Positions 57,489 to 64,000 of a DNA stretch of 64,000 bases are shown in pieces. A program made the translations under genes and the position numbers. The DNA lies in the NCBI GenBank assembly GCA_027923505.1, contig BROI01000006.1:620001-684000 (forward strand), in the 5' to 3' direction. Numbering within the stretch: position 1 is the stretch's first letter; every line of letters begins with the position of its first letter. The stretch comes from Mayamaea pseudoterrestris (Eukaryota). Below the pieces are notes generated by a model. It did not search any database. It was not told the DNA's origin and saw only the letters and a program-made list of their open reading frames with translations.

Positions 57489-59439
57489 ATGGCATTGACG
57501 GAGGAAGAGTCATCAATTGCAGCTGCAGCAGATACTAATATGGAACCAGCCACGTTGGCACTCGCCCTCGTCTCTCAGGATTGGAGAACCATTGGTTTGA
57601 ACGTTGACGACCCGCTCACGGCTGCAACAAGCGATACCAGTCTCATTATTGATCGACTATATGCCATTCTTCTAATTCGGCTCGCGGCCATTGTGGCGCC
57701 GCTGGGAACCTTTAGCGATTTGAGTGTCTACAGCGTCAGCTCCAAAATTATCAAGATGAAGACATGGCCGGACGCATTGACCAGCAAGGTTCGCGCGCAG
57801 CTCCACGACTTTGTGAGTCGCATCATTAAAGGCTACAAGAATAATCACTACCATAACCAGGAGCATGCCTGTCACGTGACACTGAGTGCCTGCAAGTTGA
57901 TGGATTTGTTTTTGTATGGAGACTTGAATGACATTGAATCGGACTACTTGATTAGCACTAACAAGAATCCATCCTTTGGCTTGCGGAATGATCCGCTACT
58001 GCTCTTCGTCGTGGTCTTTAGTGCATTGATTCATGACGTGGAGCATCAGGGACTGCCGAATCGGCAATTGGCGATGGAAAAGGATCGATTAGCGGTGCTT
58101 TACAATGATCAAAGCATTGCCGAAAATTGGAGCTTGTACGTTGCCTTTAGCGAGCTGCTGCAAAATGATTTTACGGAGCTTCGTCAAGCCATGTTTACAT
58201 ATGTTGCTCCGCTGGAAAAGTCTGCTGCTGATGCTGACGCAGTAGCTAATGATGTTGCTGACAACCAAGCATTGGACGCGCATAGTCAACACTCGCATCA
58301 AGTTGCAGCAACGACGCCACCACCACCTCCTTCGTACGACGATCTTTACCAACGGTTTCGTCGTTTCACAGTCAATCTCGTATTGGCCACGGACATTGCC
58401 TCGCCCGAAAAGTCGCAACTTGCCAAGAGTAAATGGAAGGAGGCCTTTGGCGACTCGTTTGAAACGGTGGAGCGCAAAGTACGCCATGAAATGCGTCGGG
58501 CGTCCATTGGCATGACTGGCAAAGTGATTGGAAGCAACAGCAATCGCCGGGGAAGCAACATTTCCGACGTTTCCGCAAGCCCCGGTTTGTTGGCTGGCGC
58601 AGCAGCGCCTGCGAATGGAGACCACAACGATGACGACAGTTTGAGCGTCACGCCGGAGCATTCGGAGAGCGACGATTTGGACGTTTCGCATACGAACAGT
58701 CATCAGCAATCACCAGTTTTACATCAACCCCAGCAACGCAAGGTGAGCATGGGCTACGGACCAGGTGCACCTTGTCGCTTTGAGCGACGCATGTCAACCT
58801 CGACGAGCAAGTCGAGTAGCAAGTATCGTCAGCGACTTGGCATTCGCCGGTCCATGGACTTGTCGGGTGAGACAATTGAAGCGTATCAGCAGACTGCGTC
58901 CTCGTCAGTGTCGTCGTCCAACATGAATCATCATCACTATCAATCCAGTGGAGGCGCCACGGTGTACTCGGTTGACGTTGATTCGGACTTGCCGGATGAA
59001 CTTAAAGCGACGGTTGTCATGGAGGCAATCATGACGGCCAGTGACGTTGCGCATAATTTGCAAGGGTTTGAGCAAATGAAAAAGTGGAGCAACAAACTGT
59101 ATCTTGAGTTGCGCAAGGCGTACGTGGCCAAGCGTGGGGTTGATTGTTCGCCCAAGGTGAGTAGCGTATTTGTGCAGGACAACCAACTGGATTACATATT
59201 GTTACCATAAGCTTACTTTTATGCTTCTCTCATTCTATCAGTGGTTTGAAAATCAAATTGGCTTTTTGGAGTCGTACTTGCTGCCGCTGGCACGAAAGCT
59301 TGAAGATACTGGGGTCTTTGGAGAGACTGAATTTGCGCGCAATGTGGAGCAGAATCGAGACCTTTGGTTGACGCGCGGCTTTGAAATATCGGAACAAATT
59401 GTCAAGGAAGGCTTGGAGCTGTATCCCGAGCCAGAGTAA
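57489..59439 (+). CDS. class I cyclic nucleotide phosphodiesterase (PDE-C)
   Basis: YHNQEHACHV, SALIHDVEHQG, ATDI and ASDVAH. Intron 59157..59241, then WFENQIGFLESYLLPL. Confidence 0.93.
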
Positions 59440-59485
59440 ATCAAGTTTTGAAAAATAAAAAAGGTATATAACGTTTAAAGCTATT

Positions 59486-61315
59486 TTAAGCGGCGTAAAC
59501 AAGTATAGCGTAGACGACCATGGACGGCAAACAAGCCGACAGGATTGTAACGATCATGTAAGGATAAGCATGGTTTGTTTGCTTATGAACAAAGTCGTTC
59601 AGCTCGAAGCAAAAAGTAGATACAGTCGACAGGCAGCCAGCAAAGCCAATCCGTGTAACTCTGACGAAAGCAATAATCCAGTAATCGCGCAGATAGCTTT
59701 CCTGCATACGATACTCCAGAGCAACGCAAATAATACTGACAAGACTGCCAAGCACATTGGCCGTAAACGTTCCCAAAGGAAACCAAGGATACTGCGAGAG
59801 CGATCCATTCAAGGCTCCAAGCTTCCACCGCAGACATGCTCCAAAAGGAGCTACCAACATGGCCAATGCCATGGTTCGGTAAGTGCGAGTAGTTGACTCG
59901 TCGGAAGACAAAAAGACGGCAGCAATGGCGAGGGAGCAGATTATGAACCATAGGACAAACGAAGCGACCGGAAGCGTTAGCCATCGGCTTGGAGCAACGT
60001 TTGACTTGTCCAGCAACATTTTGCTCCAACTTTGAAGTCCAGTTGGTGAGCAGAGTTTGGACTTTTCATTAACATAGGCTTGGAGCGCACCAATGTCCCA
60101 TGCCTCGTCGCGGGCCATGGCTTCGGCATGCTTTGGTATCGGAACATTGAGAATCAGCGCCGCTCGTTCAATCTCAACCAGAATCGGCAACAGCGTATTG
60201 TTCACTCTCCTAGAACTTTTGGTTGATTCTCTCCATTGAATCAAGCAATCAGTGTTCAATGGTACAATTTCATCCGTCTGCGATAAGGGTTCCATGTCTA
60301 AATCAAGTAGCACTCGACGCTCATAGTCTGGAAGCTCACAGTGAATGTAGACACCTTCCTCCCTCTTGACTCTTACCAGCTGCGCCTCCTCCACAAGCGT
60401 CGGGTTGACGTATCCGTGAATGAACCGGGCCAGAGACTTTCCAGCGGCAAAAGATCCTTGAGCCGTCTCCATACCAACAATGTAGCCGAGCAAGGCCAAC
60501 CAGATTTGAGTATTCAAATTGCTCCCAGTACCAAAAATGAGTACCACCATGGCCGAGTTCCAGCTGCTAAAAGTTGTCAGCGAGCCGCAAAAACCAGTTT
60601 TAAAAGCATTGTGTAATATTTCCATGCTCTGAAAGGGATGATCCGGTTTGAGCCATGCCCTGCGACAAACAAGCGAGACGTCAGGTTCGTAGCAAGCAAC
60701 ACGTCATTTCTATCGCTCGATCCTAGATTTTAAATCACTTACAATGGCATCGGCAGGGCTAGATGCAAGTATTCTCCATTCACAACCATTCCCATCAGGA
60801 AGCAACCAAGCATGTTCGCTGGAAGGTCGCTAAAAATGACACCACCTTCTTGCAGAGTATCTCCATCCTGCGTGACGCAAAGCGGAGCTCCACTGGACAA
60901 CCAGCCAACTGTACCTGGATTCGCACACTCCTCGCCAAAGAGTTGGGCGACGATCATGCGACAAAACGCCCCGAGAATGGCGCCGACGCTAATGTAGCAA
61001 GCCTGGACCCACAGCAGACGAGACCATCGTTTGCGATCGCGAGCTAAATCGTCTTCGTCGTCATCCGAGACTGTAAATCATAATGCAGATTACTATCCAT
61101 CAGTTATGTCAATGAATAGTCTAGTCAACGAAAGATTCGCGCTTGCTCGTACCTCGTTGAAAGTCGGAGTGTTCAGCATCGTCTTTTTTGAAAAGCACAT
61201 CTTCTTCATCCAGCTGCCGATACTCGGCTCCAATCACTTGTTGCTGCTGTCCATCATCAACATTAAGTGATGGCAGCAGCTGGTCAATGCTTGTAGTCTT
61301 TGAAGGGTTGTCCAT
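59486..61315 (-). CDS. FEX1: FEX fluoride exporter (two fused Fluc/CrcB domains)
   Basis: Exons 61315..61153, 61070..60743 and 60659..59486. Domain 1: GAILGAFCR, ANMLGCFLMG, KTGFCGSLTTFSSW. Domain 2: PFGACLRW, FPLGTFTANVLGS, IGFAGCLSTVSTF. Confidence 0.92.
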
Positions 61316-61495
61316 GGTCGACGAGGCGTGCCAAGTGGCACGGAAGGAAATTGGCGAGCGTGCGACGGAACTCGTGTCGAACCGGCGATGACAACTCACT
61401 GGCGTCCGCTAGCGATGTCGGCGAATCAGATTAACATGGTCCGGCAAAGGTCTAACCCAGTCACATTGCAGTCTATTGTGACACTAGCTAGGCAT

Positions 61496-62820
61496 GAAAA
61501 TAGCTCAAAAGTTCCTGGCACCATTGCTAGATTACTGGAGGGGTAGATAAGATGTTCATTTTTGCTCCAATGCTTGCAGCTATGACATAGCTGGACCAAT
61601 GGAGGTGCAGAAAATTGCTCAAAATTGCTCGTATTGCTCAAAATTGCTCAAAAGCTCCTGGCAACATGGCTGGATCACTGGCGGGGCAGATTAGATGCTC
61701 AGTCTTGCTCAAATGCTTGGGGCTATGACATCGCTGGACCAGCGGAGGTGCAGAAAATTGCTCAAAATTGCTCGTATTGCCCAAAAAAATTGCTCAACCC
61801 CACTGAAATTTGCTCAGAAGCTCCTGGCACCATTGCTGGACTACTGGAGGGGTAGATGAGATGCTCAATCTTGCTCGAATGCTTGCGGCTATGACATAGC
61901 TGGACCACTGGAGGTGCAGAGAATTGCTCAAAATTGCTCGTATTGCCCAAAATTGCTCAACCTCCCTGAAATTTGCTCAAAGCTCCTGGCACCATTGCTG
62001 GACTACTGGAGAGGAAGATGAGATGCTCAATCTTGCTCCAATGCTTGCGGCTATGACATAGCTGGACCACTGGAGGTGCAGAGAATTGCTCAAAATTGCT
62101 CATATTGCTCAACCTCACTAGAAATTGCTCAAGTGTTCCTGGCACCAAAGCTGGACCACTGGTGGGGCAGATGAGATACTCAACCTCACTCAAATGCTTG
62201 GGGCTATCACATAGCACAACAAATTGCTCAAAATTGCTTGTATAGCTCAACCCCACTTTAAATTGCTCAAATGCTCCTGGCACCATGGCTAGACTACTGG
62301 TGGGGCAGATGACATGCTCAGTCTTGCTCAAATGCTTGTGGCTATGATATAGCTGGACCAATGGAGGTGCAAAGAATTGCTCAAATTGCTCATATTGGTC
62401 AACCTCACTGAAGATTGCTGAAATGCTCCTGGCACCATGGCTGAACTACTGGTGGGGCAAATAAGATGCCAAGTCTGCTCAAATGCATGCACTTTGACAT
62501 AGCTAGACCAAATGGATGTGCAAAGAATTGCTCAAAATTGCTCATATTGCTCAACCTCACTAGAAATTGCTCAAGTGTTCCTGGCACCATAGCTGGACCA
62601 CTGGTGGGGCAGTTGAGATACTCAACCTTACTCAAATGCTTGGGGCTATGACATAGCTGGACCAGTGGAGGTGCAGAGAATTGCTCAAAATTGCTCATAT
62701 TGGTCAACCTCACTAGAAATTGCTCAAAAGCTCCTGGCACCATAACTGGACCACTGGTGGGGCAGATGAGATGCTCAACATCACTCAAATGCTTGGGGCT
62801 ATCACATAGCTGGACCAATG
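61496..62820. repeat. tandem satellite array A, canonical unit about 152-153 bp, about 9 copies, with internal TTGCTCAA subrepeats
   Basis: Marker cctggca[c/a]c at 61514, 61657, 61823, 61985, 62138, 62276, 62428, 62580 and 62733 (spacings 143, 166, 162, 153, 138, 152, 152, 153). Confidence 0.95.
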
Positions 62821-62849
62821 AGCAATCTTGAGCATTTTTGAGCAATTCC

Positions 62850-64000
62850 AATGTTGGGACCATTCTGGTGTAGTTTGGGTGTATACATGGCTTGCTGTAG
62901 GGGCGTTTGAATGTCAAGGCATCTGCGGGCTGAGACTGGTGACAAGTTGTCACCAATCACATTGCCGTCCCCGGAGACACCAGCCAGGCATACCATCTTG
63001 TAGCGCAGCCCAAATAATGATGTTGGCACCATTCTGGTGTGATTTGGGTGTATACATGGCTTGCTATTGGGGGCGTTTGAATGTCAAGGCATCTGCGGCT
63101 GGAGACTGGTGACAAGTTGTCACCAATCACATTGCCGTCCCCGGAGACACCAGCCAGGCATACCATCTTGTAGCGCAGCCCAAATAATGATGTTGGCACC
63201 ATTCTGGTGTAATTTGGGTGTATACATGGCTTGCTGTAGGGGCGTTTGAATGTCAAGGCATCAGCTGGCTGAGATTGGTGACAAGTTGTCACCAATCACA
63301 TTGCCGTCCCCTGAGACACCAGCCAGGCTTGTAGCGCAGCCCCAATAATGATGTGGTCTCTGTGGTGTATACATGGCTTGCTGTAGGGGCGTTTGAATGT
63401 CAAGGCATCTACGGGCTGAGACTGGTGACAAGTTGCCACCAATCACATTGCCGACCCCTGAGACACCAGCCAGGCATACCATCTTGTAGCGCAGCCCCAA
63501 TAATGATGTTGGCACCTTTCTGGTGTGATTTGGGTGTAAACATGGCTTGCTGTAGGGGCATTTGAATGTCAAGGCATCTGTGGGCTGATATTGGTGACAA
63601 GTTGTCACCAATCACATTGCCATCGCCTGAGACACCAGCCATACCGTCTTGCCCCCATTTGGTGTTTTTATGGCTTGCGTAGGGCGAAAGGCACTGCGAG
63701 ATGTAAATTGCCCCGAGACACCAGCCAGGCATACCATCTTGTAGCGCAGCCCCAATAATGATGTTGGCACCATTCTGGTGTAATTTGAGTGTAAACATGG
63801 CTTGCTATAGGGGCGTTTGAATGCCAAGGCATCAGCTGGGTGAGACTGGTGACAAGTTGTCACCAATCACATTGCCGTCCCCTGAGACACCAGCCAGGCA
63901 TACCATCTTGTAGTTTGGTGTGATTTAGGTGTATACGTGGCTTGCTGTAGGGGCGTTTGAATGTCAAGGCATCAGCTGGCTGAGATTGGCGACAAGTTGT
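62850..64000. repeat. tandem satellite array B, unit about 169-170 bp, about 7 copies, runs off the window end
   Basis: Marker caccaatcacattgcc at 62951, 63121, 63290, 63437, 63606 and 63861 (spacings 170, 169, 147, 169, 255). A diverged short copy lies at about 63640-63715. Confidence 0.95.

Noticed and set aside
61460..61492. Helitron 3' end (gtcaca...tgtgac hairpin followed by CTAG)
   Set aside because: The orientation would put the FEX gene inside the element. The segment is better explained as a diverged B-satellite fragment.
61426..63866. ORFs in the satellites, including a vaguely LRR-like translation (LILLNLTRN...GTI...LVGQL)
   Set aside because: Many unit lengths are not multiples of 3, stops recur in the units, and variation follows CpG decay rather than codon structure.
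62850..64000. CRISPR array (regularly spaced palindromic repeats)
   Set aside because: The sequence between the palindromes is itself repeated rather than unique spacers, the period is about 170 bp, there are no cas genes, and the context is eukaryotic.

Overview
Gene-dense eukaryotic nuclear DNA, most likely from a diatom. The evidence is short GT-AG introns, signal peptides followed by ASAFAP-like plastid motifs, diatom-type HSF and DUF6824 factors, stand-alone diatom-type PDEs and a KxxK/RxL cell-wall-type protein. The species cannot be determined from this window. About 29 protein-coding genes were reconstructed by hand, including splice sites that the ORF track misses. They are HIG1/RCF1 (partial), a plastid TauD dioxygenase, two HSFs, two sulfotransferases, a silaffin-like secreted protein, DUF6824, Claspin/Mrc1-like, a 1523-aa coiled-coil protein, PhyH, an M14 carboxypeptidase, mitochondrial dPGM, NDUFA2-like, Rad21, fucosyltransferase-like, plastid L15, TLDc, proteasome alpha5, RABL6-like, FAM136A, RNase Z, three phosphodiesterases flanking a two-pore channel, a FEX fluoride exporter and two hypothetical proteins. 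From about 61.46 kb to the end the sequence switches to a CpG-poor composite satellite, in which a ~153-bp array appears nested inside the first monomer of a ~170-bp array that carries a palindrome in each unit. The most notable signals are (1) the PDE-TPC-PDE-PDE cluster, whose PDEs share a long RRxS-rich insertion ending in a conserved LGIRxSMDL[ST]GE motif, (2) the nested satellite, and (3) the KxxK domain looped inside a knottin-like cysteine frame. All family calls come from motif recognition by eye; no database search was run.
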